DNA of 64,000 bases from Amoebophrya sp. A120 (lineage: Eukaryota > Protista > Dinoflagellata): contig CAJINV010000003.1 of the NCBI GenBank assembly GCA_905178155.1, positions 10,501,604 to 10,565,603 of the forward strand, written 5' to 3'. Made by a program: the position numbers and the translations under genes. Shown here in pieces: positions 37,875 through 50,689 of the stretch (positions are counted from its first letter, which is position 1; each line of letters starts with the position of its first letter). The notes beneath the pieces were generated by a model that was given only the letters and a program-made list of their open reading frames with translations, was not told the origin of the DNA and did not search any database.

Positions 37875-38851
37875 ATGGGTCGCGTGCGCACGAGAACTGT
37901 TAAGCGGTCTGCCCGCGTGATCGTCGAGAAGTATTTCCTTTTGATTTATTGTTGATGATGATTAAGATTAGCTGACGAGGGTTTATTCCCGCCCCTGTGT
38001 GGTTGTGGCTTAGCTCATCCACAATCGACGAATTATAGAACGACCGGCAAACCGACATACGCCAGCACCAAAAGTTTAGATAAGCTGCGAAATGAACTTG
38101 ATCGTCGATAGAGTGATATTTTATTGTGGTCGAAGACTCGGACGCAGCTGCTCAACCCGATTACTTAAATTCGAAACAGGTACTACGCCAAGCTGACTCT
38201 GGATTTCCAGATGAACAAGAAGATTGCTGAGGAGGTCGCCATTATTCCGTCCAAGCGCATGCGCAACAAGATTGCGGGTTTCGCCACGCACTTGATGAAG
38301 CGTATTACTTTCATCTTTTTTTTTAGTGTGCGCCAGTTGTAGACTGTCGGACGCGCAGTCGTGCACCTATTGCCCAGACCTCATCTCAATGCTCGAGGTC
38401 GTTGCTCCCCTCGGACCTTATGCGGGCGAAGTGCACTACGCGGAGTTTTATATCTGTCGTGTAGGAATGATTTTGATTTCAATATTCTCGAGTCCTTCCA
38501 CTATATGTCGTGTCGACGTGACGTACATTCGCATTCTGTAGAAGGACATTACGGCATCGAACAGGAGTAGAGTCTAAAATCGCTCGACGTCGCTCAACAA
38601 TTTACATGACACACATACCCACACAAACAGGCATCCAGAAGGGTCCAGTTCGTGGCATCTCTCTGAAGTTGCAGGAGGAGGAGCGGGAGCGTCGCATGGA
38701 CTTCGTTCCGGAGAAGTCTGAGGTTGACGTGGACCGCATCGTTGTGGATCCGGATACCAAGGACATGCTGAAATCCCTGAATATGGAGCATCTGACGAAC
38801 ATCCAGACCACCCAGAACGCCTACGTGTCTGGCGCCGTCCGCCGTATGTGA
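37875..38851 (+). CDS. RPS17: 40S ribosomal protein S17 (eS17)
   Basis: Exons 37875-37930, 38180-38301 and 38631-38851 with GT-AG introns give [90 protein letters not shown]... Confidence 0.98.
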
Positions 38852-40727
38852 GACCTTATTTGCGGTGGAGTCACGAGTTGATGCTTAGCATCGTGCGCAG
38901 TAGTGGATGAACATAAACACACTGAAGGAGAAACTGTCGCAATATTAAATCCTCGATGTTGTTGATGGCAAGTGAACTGCATCTCATGCTTGACTGAGAA
39001 CAATTTCGCAAGTCGTTTCTGATGTGCTGGGCGCGCGGGTCTGCGCCTCGGCAGGTAGATGCTGCGCAAGACAGACTTCTGGTAGCGATGCACTTCCGTG
39101 TTTAGCTTTGGTCATTTTCGGGCGTGTGGAGGAAAAGCCTAGAGCGGAGTGATGCAAGTTGAGCGACGCTGCTTTCCTTTATGCCGAGCCGCAGATATTG
39201 ATGTTTATAATTACTTGGTCAATTTGTGACCGTGAGTGAAAGCGATACCATTACACCATTGCCGTAATCCAAAGACTATTCGTCGTTGCTTGGTCGCGAC
39301 CGCGGCAACCTTCGATCTGCGTGTATTGAGGTGTGCGCCAGTCCTCGATGGTCCAGTCTTGGACTATTTGTGAGTTGTCGGACAGATGATATCACGACTT
39401 TTCCGCGGTCGATAAATAACGCTCTACACGAGGCTGCGGACCAAAGTGGGGACACCTAAGTACCATACTAAGGAATCTTTTTCGGACAATCAGCTTCGTC
39501 TCTCTCCAACAGTTTAGCGCGTAAGAACAGTTTTGGCTGCGCGTCTCACTTAAACCTATGGTCGCTCCGTTCCGCTGGTTGTGTCTACAGCATCACAATT
39601 AGCTTTTTACGCAGACCAAAATTGAAACCCATCTCTCCGCCGACGTGATCTGTCGTGGTCGCGCCGGATCGAATGAAGGGCACACTGTAGAAGCTAACTT
39701 CGGCCTGAAAGTGTGAGTATGCGGTTGGGTCTAGAACCTTGTGCTATGTTCTTAAGTAATTGTAACACGCTGTGACGCGGCGTGTAGTGCAGCAAGCGTG
39801 ATGTTGGTACGATACAGGTTCGGGACTCTATTTTTTTCGTGCGCTCCATGAAAAGCTGCCTTTTTTTCCGGACAACAATCGTCCGCCTTTTTCGACCTTC
39901 CGATAGAATCATCTAGGAATGGGAGACACTGAGCTTGATAAGCCCCGCTTTCTTGCCAGGCTCGTCACCAAGGGTGTTTCCAACAGCTCGAACTTGGCGC
40001 AACGCTCTGCGCGCAGGAAGTTTTTTTATTCACTCAAGGATGAGTTAGTCAGCACTGGGGGGCACGCTTGTTAAGCACGCATGCCTCACGTTTTTGCATG
40101 GTATGAGTGCTGAACCGCGCTGCTATAATATTCAGGTCTCCATCCGGGGACCTTTGCCCGTCCTCATGTCCTGGGAGTGCAACTATCTTCGTGTGGACTT
40201 GTAGGACTTGAAAAGCACCCGGCTGTGTGTGTGTGTGTGATGCGGCGATATGACCATAATTTTCTTGCAGGCGCTGCTTCGATGTTGTCGTTTTATTTGC
40301 ATCCACCATGTATTCCTAATATATATTCACATTCACGTTTTTTATTTTTGCACCATTTGCATTTCCATGTGGAACCGTCCCCGTACCATCTAAATACGCA
40401 TGAACACTATATCATTTTTTAGGTTTCGTAGTGCCACAACGATGCTGCTCGATGGACTAGAATTGCTGCGTCGTACCGCCGTGGGGTGTTACATTCATCA
40501 TTATCGCAGCACCGCCTTGGCTTGCGGCGCAACTCGAAGCCGACTCTATTTCACATAGGCTGTCCGTTGTTGCGATAGTTTGCACCGGCCGGGGGTCCAG
40601 CGGGTGAGAGCAATCATCCGAGAAGTGTTTATTACAAGATAAAGACAACCTTAATATTGGTGGAAGTTTTCTTCACTGCAACCGGCGAGTATTCTCAACA
40701 GCAACGTACTACACCCCACTTCTCAGC

Positions 40728-41756
40728 ATGGTTGGTCCGGGAGTTACCTTGTCAAGTTCGGCAACCTTTCGTCAAGTCGCTGCGCGGGGAAGTGTGCGGT
40801 TGCAAGAAGCTGTCCTGGGACGGTTCGCTACAGCAGTGCCGCTTCTTGGAAAGAAGGTTGCGGCTGCGCCGGCGTGGCAGCGGCCGGCGGCGAGTTTCTT
40901 CGAGATCTGGCCAAAATTGCGGACCTGCATTCCGAAGTACCAGGAATTTGTGAAGAGTTGTGACGCGAAGGACCTGAAGGATGCTCATGTCTTCATGAAT
41001 GAGGGCGCCTCGAAAGAGCTCGTGGAGTACTACCTGTGTTGCGCCCTGATGCTGCAAAGAGAGGCGGTGGAGAAGGCGGCGTCCGACTCTCAGGCTCTTC
41101 TAGCGTTGGCGGAGAAGGTCGCCCGTGAGCATGTAGAGCCGGTTATCCAAGACGCCCAGCGTCTTGCTCTTGAATACCGAGAGGACGTGCACCGGAACCT
41201 CGAGGAGCTCACCGTTTGGCGTGAAGTTGATGAGTCGCTTTACTGGCACCACTCCTTGAAGACGCTGCTTCCTCAGCAGTATGATGATTATTGCAAAGCA
41301 ACGACGCAGGGACTGGCTGCCACTTTGGCAGAGCGACAGGGACAGCTCCTGCGCGCGCATCACAAGCAGGACCAGCAAGTCACCACCGAAACCCGAAGCA
41401 GCAGCGGGACTGTAGCGCCGGGTGAGGAGGTGGAGGGCGACAGAGCACCTGCTTGCGGCCCTGCGGGAGGCGGCGCTTTTCGCACAGTGGATGAGAAAGC
41501 GTCGCACGGCATGAAGATAAAAGCTTGCTCGTCCTCCGCCGAGATAAGAGGAACGGACGAGGAGGAGGCGGGAGCACTTGCACTTCCCACCGCGGAGCAG
41601 GTCGCATCTGAGCTCGAAGCCTCTTCGGAAGCACGTGCCTTGGCGTTAGCCCTGTACACTGGCTGGATTGACTTGGCTGGGATGCCGGTGCGTGGAGCGA
41701 TACGAAATTGCCTAGTGTATCCTGGCCTGTTGATCAGATGTTGCGCGCCCATGTAG
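40728..41756 (+). CDS. Hypothetical helical protein (large exon; probably further exons to ~42270)
   Basis: 342-codon ORF with protein-like composition. No family recognised. Confidence 0.6.
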   Translation: MVGPGVTLSSSATFRQVAARGSVRLQEAVLGRFATAVPLLGKKVAAAPAWQRPAASFFEIWPKLRTCIPKYQEFVKSCDAKDLKDAHVFMNEGASKELVEYYLCCALMLQREAVEKAASDSQALLALAEKVAREHVEPVIQDAQRLALEYREDVHRNLEELTVWREVDESLYWHHSLKTLLPQQYDDYCKATTQGLAATLAERQGQLLRAHHKQDQQVTTETRSSSGTVAPGEEVEGDRAPACGPAGGGAFRTVDEKASHGMKIKACSSSAEIRGTDEEEAGALALPTAEQVASELEASSEARALALALYTGWIDLAGMPVRGAIRNCLVYPGLLIRCCAPM

Positions 41757-43833
41757 TGCGCAGCACCAGGCGCGTTTGTCATGCTTGCACTGTGACGAGC
41801 TTTGTTTCCGTCACCTTTTGCTTTTTCAGATGGAGAGTCAGTAATAGCTTCGCATGAAATTTAAATTATTGAAGCTTGACGTCGCTCCGGGAGCCTCCAC
41901 AGGAAAGTCTACTTCATACATATATATTGATATGCATCTAATTTATAGATTTTGCATCGCAGCACGCATGACAAACTTCAAACGGCTCGCATTGCAGTAC
42001 TAGCATCTGCATCGATTCAAGATGTGAAAGCCCAGGATAACTTGCCATGATGCTAGCAGCAAACTGCGTGGCTTGTACCGTTTAGTGGCAGTAGCTCTTG
42101 CACTTGCTAGTAGTTTTCTAGATAAAATTAGAATTTGAAAAAGCGACGCTCTCGTCGGATGTATCGCAGCTTTCAAGAGTGCAACATCTGACGAGGCCAT
42201 ATATTGGATCACTCGCTTTTGCACGGAGTGCCACGGGCGTGGGACGGCGCAGGATTGGTCCCGCAGATGAAGCATGCGGGCGAATTTTCCAGGAACCGAA
42301 AGCGCGTGAGAGAGCACGACTTCTCATCTGATTCCGGCCGCGAACCCGAGACCTAGCAATTCCAAGTGCCGACCGTGGCCCGAGGGCCTTGCGCTCCGTG
42401 GACTTTTTTCAGTAGGCGCCCACTCATCGCAGCTTTGTATGTTGTCATCGTGCTGTTCGGGCTGCTGCGGAAAGCGCGTAGGGAGAGATGACTGTGGTGC
42501 CGGCACTTTTCATTTTCTTCTCATCCGTTCCTGGACAGCAACAGCACGGATCGATCCGTGACTCTCCAGACTTGTGTGCTACTCGTGGCCCAGCGTGCGG
42601 TGCGTGTCGAAGCAAATAGAGATAGACGCTATGATCTGCGTGTCTGTTCGCACAGTAGCCCAACCATTGATCCTTTTTTCGCAAGCAGAGCGATCAACAT
42701 CAAGACATGGACAGAAAAGTAAGCAGTAACCACCCTGCGGGGGTCGCCGCGGCCGAGCCGGAAGGCGTAACGCAAGTGCCTGTCCTTGTTGCTTCATATC
42801 CAAGCGCCTGCAGTGCTGCGTCGAAACATGAGCGGAAAAAATGGAGGCGCGTCGATGGGACAAGAACGAGAAGTAGGTCTCCTTTAACTTCTGTTCTCTA
42901 CTTCAGTAATTGAAATGGGTTGGGTATAATCAAATTGTTGCGATGAAATTTGTTATCTGGCTCGGGTATGGAAGTGAATCAAGAAAAAGAGGAGCCGCGC
43001 GAGGCAGGTACTTCCAAGCTCGGAGCTGCGCTGTAGCGCGGCAGAAACAGTGTTGACCTGTAATACAACTGCTAGGGCTTGATGTTGATAATGATAATGA
43101 TAATAATTACTCCTGCTATCGCTTAGTGGGGAGGTTAGGCTTCATCTAGTAGCAGTAGCTTCTAGCCCTGTTGCCGCCGATCCAGAGCCATAGAAAGATA
43201 GCGACCTGCCACCCACCCACCTGGGTGCCTGGATATGATATTGGCATCAACTAAAATAAATGGTGCGGCGAGCACTGATTGATTCCGAGTGGATGGGTTC
43301 CCTCCGTATGACCACCACTCACGGAAAGACTGCGCTTCATCATCGTCGTGCTGCGCTTTTCATTGGCCAATGCTGTTCCAGAGCAAGCTGCTGGCGCTGG
43401 TTCTTTTTCCTTGACCCTACTGCTATTCTTTTTCTTTTTCTTATTTATCGCTGTCCTCTGACGGGGCGTTTTTTTTCTTCACCCCGGAACATTAGTTCGG
43501 ATTGTTTCTTCACAGTGACAGCTGGACGAATGTTCTTCTTCGGATATTTCTTTCGACTAGTAAAGTAATTGCGCTGGTTCTGTGTCTGCTACTCTCCGGA
43601 GAGATGAAATTGGTTGAGCTGCTCAAAAGTGCTTGGACCTAGATTTTCGTCGATGATCGCCGTCGACGCATAATGCGTTGGTGTCGTCATTTTCGTCGTA
43701 AAATTTTCCATTGCCAACTTTTGAGTCCGGGGCATGCGAGTGCACCTGAGCCAAGTCCTTTGGTTAGGTTTTCATCTTCTAGCTTCCTAGATGGAGCGGA
43801 TTGAGATCATCCGAAACACTCGCGATGTGTATT

Positions 43834-44469
43834 AGAACGGGGTCACAAAATGTCCGATTAAGTCCTCGGGGGACCTGCGACCCACCCAGCCGGGTGGGCC
43901 TTAGGTCCCCTGTCCCAATAATTAAGTTATCTATGACTCCGCCACAGCTCGCGTCCGCCCATATTGTTTTCTCGCCGTTTGTAGTGGGTGTAAATCTGTA
44001 TTAGAGTCTTGCACTATTGTACTTGTGCCTCCGTTTGTCGCTATTTATCCCAGAAAAGAGCTTATTTGGTGGGTGTAAATCTGTGATGCAGAAAATGCAA
44101 AACTGTTTCACAGGAAACTGCAGAAACACTTTTGCATTTTCCGCATCACAGGTCCCTTTTGCGTAAAAACAGCTTTGCATTTTCTGCATTATAGACTTAA
44201 CCCACAACAAAGCTTTTTTCTTGGATAAATGCAGTGCACAAATCTTTTTTCTTGGATAAGTGCAGTGCACAAATACAATAATACATAAGCTACTGCGTCA
44301 CAGATTGACACCCACAAAAAAGAACGGCGAGAAAACTGGAACGGGCGGACGCGAGCTGTGGCGGATTCGCAACTTAATTCTATATTGGGACAGGGGACCT
44401 AAGGCCCACCCGGCTGGGTGGGTCGCAGGTCCCCCGAGGACTTAGTCGGACATTTTGTGACCCCGTTCT
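43834..44469. mobile_element. MITE with ~170-bp TIRs and 4-bp TSD TATT
   Basis: TATT[AGAACGGGGTCACAAAATGTCCGA...TCGGACATTTTGTGACCCCGTTCT]TATT. The outer ~85 bp are nearly perfectly inverted. Confidence 0.92.
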
Positions 44470-44721
44470 TATTTTTGATTCCTCTGATTTGATCGATGCA
44501 CCAGTCAGGACGAGGACGAAAACGAAATAAAGTACATCTACATGATGTTGATCCATGAGATAAATTTAGATGAAGTGAAAAACAAGTAGAAGAAAAATTG
44601 TAGGCGTCGAAGATGTTTGTTCCGCTACTAGTGTTACTGCTTTATTAGTAACTAATCGTTTGCTTGTATTTGGTTTCTCTTTTATGTCCGCAGCAAGCGA
44701 GAAAAGACGGAGATCAACAAC

Positions 44722-47700
44722 ATGGCTAAAAAGTCGAATCTGTTTTCTTTGCTACACTTTGGCAGCAAGAACAGTGGTCACCGAGACGCGCAGAGACGTG
44801 AGCATCTTCAAAACGTATCACCTCCTAGTGATGTTGAGCAACAACATGTCGAAGTTGATGCGCACGACGTCGATACCGATGAACAGTCTTCGAGTACTCC
44901 CGAGCCCGCACAACTACGGGTTGCCGTTTTGAACAGGACGCCCAGCACCCCTCCGGGGTCTCCGCCACAGCTCTTGGAGGCGGGTGAGGAGCAGGACGTG
45001 ATGCTAGTACCGGAAAAATGCGATATTGATGTAGTACGGCCAGGTAGTAGTTGTAGGAAAACCACGGCTACTGACAAGAAGGGAGGTGTAAATTCAAAAT
45101 CTGATCAAGTCGGTTCTTCCAGTCCGCTGGGAACCGATCACGTCGCCCGGTGTGGTACAATGAAGCAAGGACAAGCACTAGGCCCAGGAGAGGGACGAGG
45201 GTTGGAATTGCAGGCAGCGAACTTCGCGAACCACGAAGGTGGCGCGTGCAACACAAAACACGAAAATGACCATGGTGCTGGGACGCTTGCAGGTGGGAAT
45301 GACCCGGGCATCACGTCCTCGAGGAGCCAGCCGCGGGAGAAAAACTCGTCCGGTGCAAAGATGACATCTGCGCCCCGAAGGCCTAAGTCCTTCGCCCAGG
45401 TCTTTCAGGAGCATGCCCTCACCACGAATTGGAATAATTCAACGACCTCCAGCAGCTCGAGCGCCTGTTATTTTGACTCCGCGTTGCATATGGGAGCGTC
45501 AATTGAATTGCTTCGAAAATCATGAAAAAAATTGTTTTAGGTAGTGACTCATCTAGCTAGTAACGACTTGCTTATACACCTCATTGATTGCTAATGTTGT
45601 CGTGACGCAATATCCAAACAAAAGCCGCATTATTGCATTAGCTAGAAAGGGAGCCTGCCGCCCTGTCGCCTCACGGATCTGCCCAGATCCGTGAAGCGAC
45701 CAGGCATCGGGCTCCCTTTCTAGCTAGCAGGAGAACTAAGCTCATTCATTAATACAGTACAGGTTAATAATGATGCATAGTTATTTTGGGCCCATTTTAA
45801 ACTAACTAGCTAGCTACATGGAAGTTATATATGAAGAAAAAATGACCACTATTTCGGAAGCAATTCAATCAATTGACGCCTCCATATTGCATCAAGTGCA
45901 GCTACTCACGACGATGGATAGCAAAAACGAGGAGCAGAATCTTTTAGCATCCGGCAGTAGCAGCTGTGCCATGGAGCAGGGCGAAGGCGGTGCCGGTCCA
46001 CGCAGACGCACAGATCGTGGTTGCGTGAGCGAGGAGCAGGCTTCGATAGAAGAAAAAACTGAAACAAGCACGAGTAAGGGCACCGCTGTGGACCAGCACG
46101 CGCGACGCTTCGCCGTCGTTCACCATCAAGTATCAGACGATGTTGAAGGCCGACGAGAGCGAACGAAGATACCGTTGGAAAACGGTCCCAGCACTGGACA
46201 TCAACGAACACGACCACAGCAAGGAGAAACGCATGCGCCCCGGGACATCTCGATCTGCAGTCCATCAGACGACCCGACCGGTGCGGTTGTGGCCGCGCGA
46301 CGCCGGCGACGCAGCGGCAGTTCCTGCAGCAAGCAGAGTCGTGATCAACCCGAGGGTCGTGGCGGCTGCGGTGGTCATGGAGGTCAGCGCGAGGAGACCA
46401 CTCCAACTCCGCCAGTAAAAGATTATAAATTCCTCGCCGAGGAGAGTCGTACAGGAGCATCTAATTCCAAATCTTCATCGAACATCGCAGCCGATGGCGC
46501 GGAAAGATCGCAGCAAGTCAGCGAGACCTGTGTGAGGCTTGAGCTAGACCAGTGCCGTCAGAAATGTCGGTCCATGCAAGAAGCTCTGCTGACGGCTATC
46601 CAGGCGGATGAGAACAGGGACGCGCACTTTGCGGCCCTGAGCACGGAGTGGGACCGCAGAAAGCGCGACATCGGTAATATTCAATGAAGAAAGTGCACAT
46701 CTTCGATGTACTTCTACTTGGTGAATGATGATGCCTGATATTTTTGCTTGTGCGATGTCGATGATTGAAAGCAAGAATGGCGTCGGTGGAACAAAGTCAA
46801 AGAACCTGCAGCCACTTACAATTTAAATCCTTACCGTAAGGATTTAAATTGTAAGTAGCTGCAGGTAGTACTGGAACTACAGCGAGCTCTGGCCCTCTTT
46901 CGCTCATCTGTCAGATCATGCATTGCATGTATGACTACGAGATTGATGTAGAATATCAGATATGCATGTATGACACAGATTCAATATCTGTGTGCCTCAT
47001 ACTCGAGCTTGTTCATTGTGTTACAAGACCAAGATGAAATAAGAATGCGTCACAATAAATACTCAGATGCCTGGCTGGCAGCGCAGGGTATTGAAGTGTT
47101 TGTGCCTGAGGCTGAGCCAATCTCTCCGGAGACCGCGCGACGACGAGAAGCAATCGCATCAAGTTCAAACTTTCGCGAAGACGTGGAGAAAATTGAAATG
47201 GGAAGCAGCAAGAGAGCGGCCCTTGGTAAGATGTCTCAAAGAGGGAAGCACGGAGGGTTACTCAACACGTTTGACGAGATAGTAGGTTTGGCCGCGCGGT
47301 CGATATCTCGGGGCAACGCGATCACGGACGAACTAGGCCCTTCCAGTTCCAGTTCGACGAGTGCAACAAGAGATCATGGACTTCCTGGCTGCGGTACCAC
47401 CACCGTTGCCGCGAGTTACGCAGTGGGATCTTGCTCAAGAACGTCTAGTACCGCGCGATCAACCACATCGAAGCTGTTGGAGTTCAAATGCCCCGTTTTT
47501 CAGACGAAACCGATCCCAGTAGGCATTCCGGAGACTCCGAAATTCCCCACGCGACCAATGCCGGTACGCACGCCGGGGTTCACTCTTGTCCTACCGACTA
47601 TGGGAGCGTCAGCTTGGAAACCGTCAAACTGGAAATGCTGATGTTCTTTTATTTAAGTATCGTTGATGCAAGTTTTTTTTTTCGTTACAAATCGGAGGCA

Positions 47701-48815
47701 ACTGAGGCGGAAGCAGACTGTAACCTTGAGAAGGTTTTCTTATGAAGGGCGCCAGCGCTGCTGCGCCAGCAGGCATGGAAAGAAGCAGTCACTAAGGACA
47801 TGAGCATGCGCATGCCTGTTTTCTTCGATTGAAAAGCGCAACAGATTGGCTCCTTTTCCTTCACTAACGCCAGTCGGGCGCGGATTTGTCATGCGCCACT
47901 TCGCAGACACTTGAGACTGACCCACAGCAGTTCCACCAGTCGCCATGATTTAGTTGGTTTGCTACAGATGAGGAGGGTTCTTAGCGGAAGTGCGAGGTCC
48001 GCAGGGCCCCGAGGGGTGAAGGCGCCTCTGGAAAGATGAAATCGGCGAGACATTCGTGATGTGGAGCCTTCAGCCATGCAGCCACGCATTATTTTTTATA
48101 CATGCCATGCTCCATTTCCACTTTGTTTGGAAACTGGTGCTGGCGCAGCAACCATTTCCATTTTTTCGACTTCCGCCCCGACACTCCGATAGTACCCGGG
48201 GCGGTGTCCACCGTCGCAGCCATCGCCACGAGCGACGACCTGCTGTTGCGCTCTCAACCGGCGCACCAGGTCGGCGAGCCGACCACCGGATTCTCCTGTA
48301 CGAGGAGTGTCTCCGCGGGTGAGGCAGCAGCAGCAACTTCACGCGAAGGAGCCCAAGCCCTCGCCAAGAAAAACCACTCATCAGAAGTAGCAACTCCCTC
48401 CGGCGCCGGCGTCTTTTCAAAGGGCTATTACGCACCGCACCTTCATCGCGAACAGAGACACTATTTGCATCAGGATCCTGATCATTATGAGGATCTGCAT
48501 GTGTCCCCTGGTCGACGTGCTCACCTTTTTCAGCAGGAAGACGTCAGCCGTGCCACAGGGTCGCAATCGCGAAGCGGGCAGCCGGATAAAGTAGATTTAG
48601 AAGGTGGCGCTCCGATGAGCCGAATTACAGTCGAACAAGTACAGGAACAGGACCAGAAAGCTACAAACAGAAACAAGAAACTGAACGATGCTGCTCCTGT
48701 GCGAAAGCCGCCAGCATTGCCACGACAGCGCACGGCCGCGGCTCCGGGTTCCAAATTGCACAATGATGCAGCTTCCGCTGTATTTCTACTTGATGTTTGC
48801 TGTCGTATGTTTTGA
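44722..48815 (+). CDS. Hypothetical low-complexity/coiled-coil protein, multi-exon
   Basis: Co-oriented long ORFs 44722-45525, 45818-46687, 46970-47641 and 48102-48815. A GT-AG intron at ~46674-47027 joins two of them in phase. May be more than one gene. Confidence 0.55.
45639..45726. repeat. ~88-nt hairpin (mini foldback element)
   Basis: TAGCTAGAAAGGGAGCC...TCACGGATCTG CC CAGATCCGTGA...GGCTCCCTTTCTAGCTA. Confidence 0.8.
46804..46866. repeat. 63-bp near-perfect palindrome inside a predicted intron
   Basis: ACCTGCAGCCACTTACAATTTAAATCCTTAC-C-GTAAGGATTTAAATTGTAAGTAGCTGCAGGT, with one mismatch. Confidence 0.9.
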
Positions 48816-49630
48816 TAATCAGCAGGATGAAGCATTTCCAAGAACAACAAGATCGCTGAGCAGCTAGGGGACGACCTAATTGTGATTCTCATTCGTATTT
48901 TGATGTTTTAGCGTACTTCATCAGATTTACAACCTCGCCTGGGGCTAAACGTGCTGAGGCTGATCCGAATTATGGAGGAGTTGCCATCGTTTTCGTCCCC
49001 CTATCGCTTGCGGTTGTTTTCGTTTATTTTTACAATGCACCAATCAAACTAGTAGCATGCCGTAGTGTAGCCGTGCCCGGGACCGAAAACTAGTTTTGAC
49101 CCCCAAACTAAAACCACCGTCCAGTTGTATATATAATAGCAACGTATGCCTCGCCTGTAGAAATGTGAAACAAAATTCAACTACTCCGCTAGATCGAAAG
49201 CCAAAAAATACAACCAGGACAGGAGTTCGACAGTGCGGCTTTAAACCGTGTTTGCGCCTGCAGCTACAGCTGTGAGCAGTTCTTGCGGTTGGAGTGGTTT
49301 TTGCGCCACTTTTCTACGTACACGTTGCGGCTTTCGTTCTTCGTGCCAAATTGTGGATAGGTCTCCACAAGGACAGGCAAGGAGAGTCGTTTGCTTTTCG
49401 ACGCGATGCAGGCACTGAGCGCAGAGATCGTTTCGCTTAGGTCTATTTATTTGCTTCCCACCATCCAGCTGCTCAAGACTTTGAGAACCTGGGATGTTGT
49501 TGCTCCTTCCAGCGCCGAGCGCGCTTTTTTCAGCCAGCTTTGATGACCTTGCCTGCCATTTTTGTTGCTTAAGCAATAAGCGCAAAAGCTTTTTGCTGTT
49601 GCTTTTGCTTTTGCTTTTGCTTTAGTTTAG

Positions 49631-49795
49631 TTTTTGCTTTTTGCTTTTTGCTTTTTGCTTTTTGCTTTTTGCTTTTTGCTTTTTGCTTTTTGCTTTTTGC
49701 TTTTTGCTTTTTGCTTTTTGCTTTTTGCTTTTTGCTTTTTGCTTTTTGCTTTTTGCTTTTTGCTTTTTGCTTTTTGCTTTTTGCTTTTTGCTTTT
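49631..49795. repeat. (GCTTTTT)n heptamer tandem repeat, ~23 copies
   Basis: Directly visible, preceded by GCTTTT hexamer variants. Confidence 0.97.
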
Positions 49796-50689
49796 AGCTT
49801 TTTGGCATTTAATTTCTGGAGTAATAGTTTGGCCATCACACCCCTACCCTTAGCAAGGGATAGACTATAGCAGTGCTCCCGGTCCCGTGCCAAAACTAAA
49901 GGCACGCTTCTACTTGGAATTGTAAGGCGGAGACTGACGCTATATCTATAATTATAATATCAATATGAAAATTTAAATTAAGCATAAGCACGAAAACAAA
50001 AAACAGGCACCAACGGGAGCAGCTGTCGCGCGATTGATGTCCTCTACATTGCCATCCCGTGGCCAGCTGGTACGTCTTTGCAAAGTTTGAGTCAGTTGTC
50101 AGTTGTCATGCTTCTCAGATGATGCCGCATAAAGATAAACATGTAAATATGTAACGTTCGTAAAGTTGAGCACAAGGCGAAGACTTTGACTTCTTCTAGG
50201 CGGCCGCGGTGTCAGTTTTTTATTTTTTCTTGCTATCAAGTTATAGTTTATGCTCCATTGTTCGCGCGCATCGTCATCATATGATCACTAGCTCTAGCAA
50301 TAGCTACGGCAGTGAAACTATTCTTGCCTGCGTGCTCATTGTGTCTTTCCAAAATGCTGGGCGTGCCGTGCAGCATTCGGGTCGCACTGACTCGCAGCGT
50401 CTCCGTTGTGTCGAAGGTGTGCACGGCATTAAAAAACTGATGTCGTGATCACGTCGACAGTTGACGCGACAGAGCTGGTCAAATAGCTCGCCCGAGCTAT
50501 TGTTTTCCATGGCTTTACTTTGCGCGCGCCGTTTTTTTCTTCCCAACTCAAAGCGCGAGGAACTGTCTGCGCTTATGAAGAGTGTTTGTATTTCGTGGCG
50601 GTGTGCTCTACTTGTAGTTTTTGTTATTTGAGTGCGTATCTATTCAGTCTCAAACTGTAACTGAGCCGCCTGCGTTAGCTGTATGAACT

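Noticed and set aside
37931-38179. Box C/D snoRNA in RPS17 intron 1
   Set aside because: TGATGA and CTGA are only ~13 nt apart, and no terminal stem or distal D box was evident.
49627-49905. KSKKQKA / LLFAFCF repeat proteins, or a telomere
   Set aside because: These are translations of (GCTTTTT)n. The unit is not a TTTAGGG/TTAGGG-type telomeric repeat.
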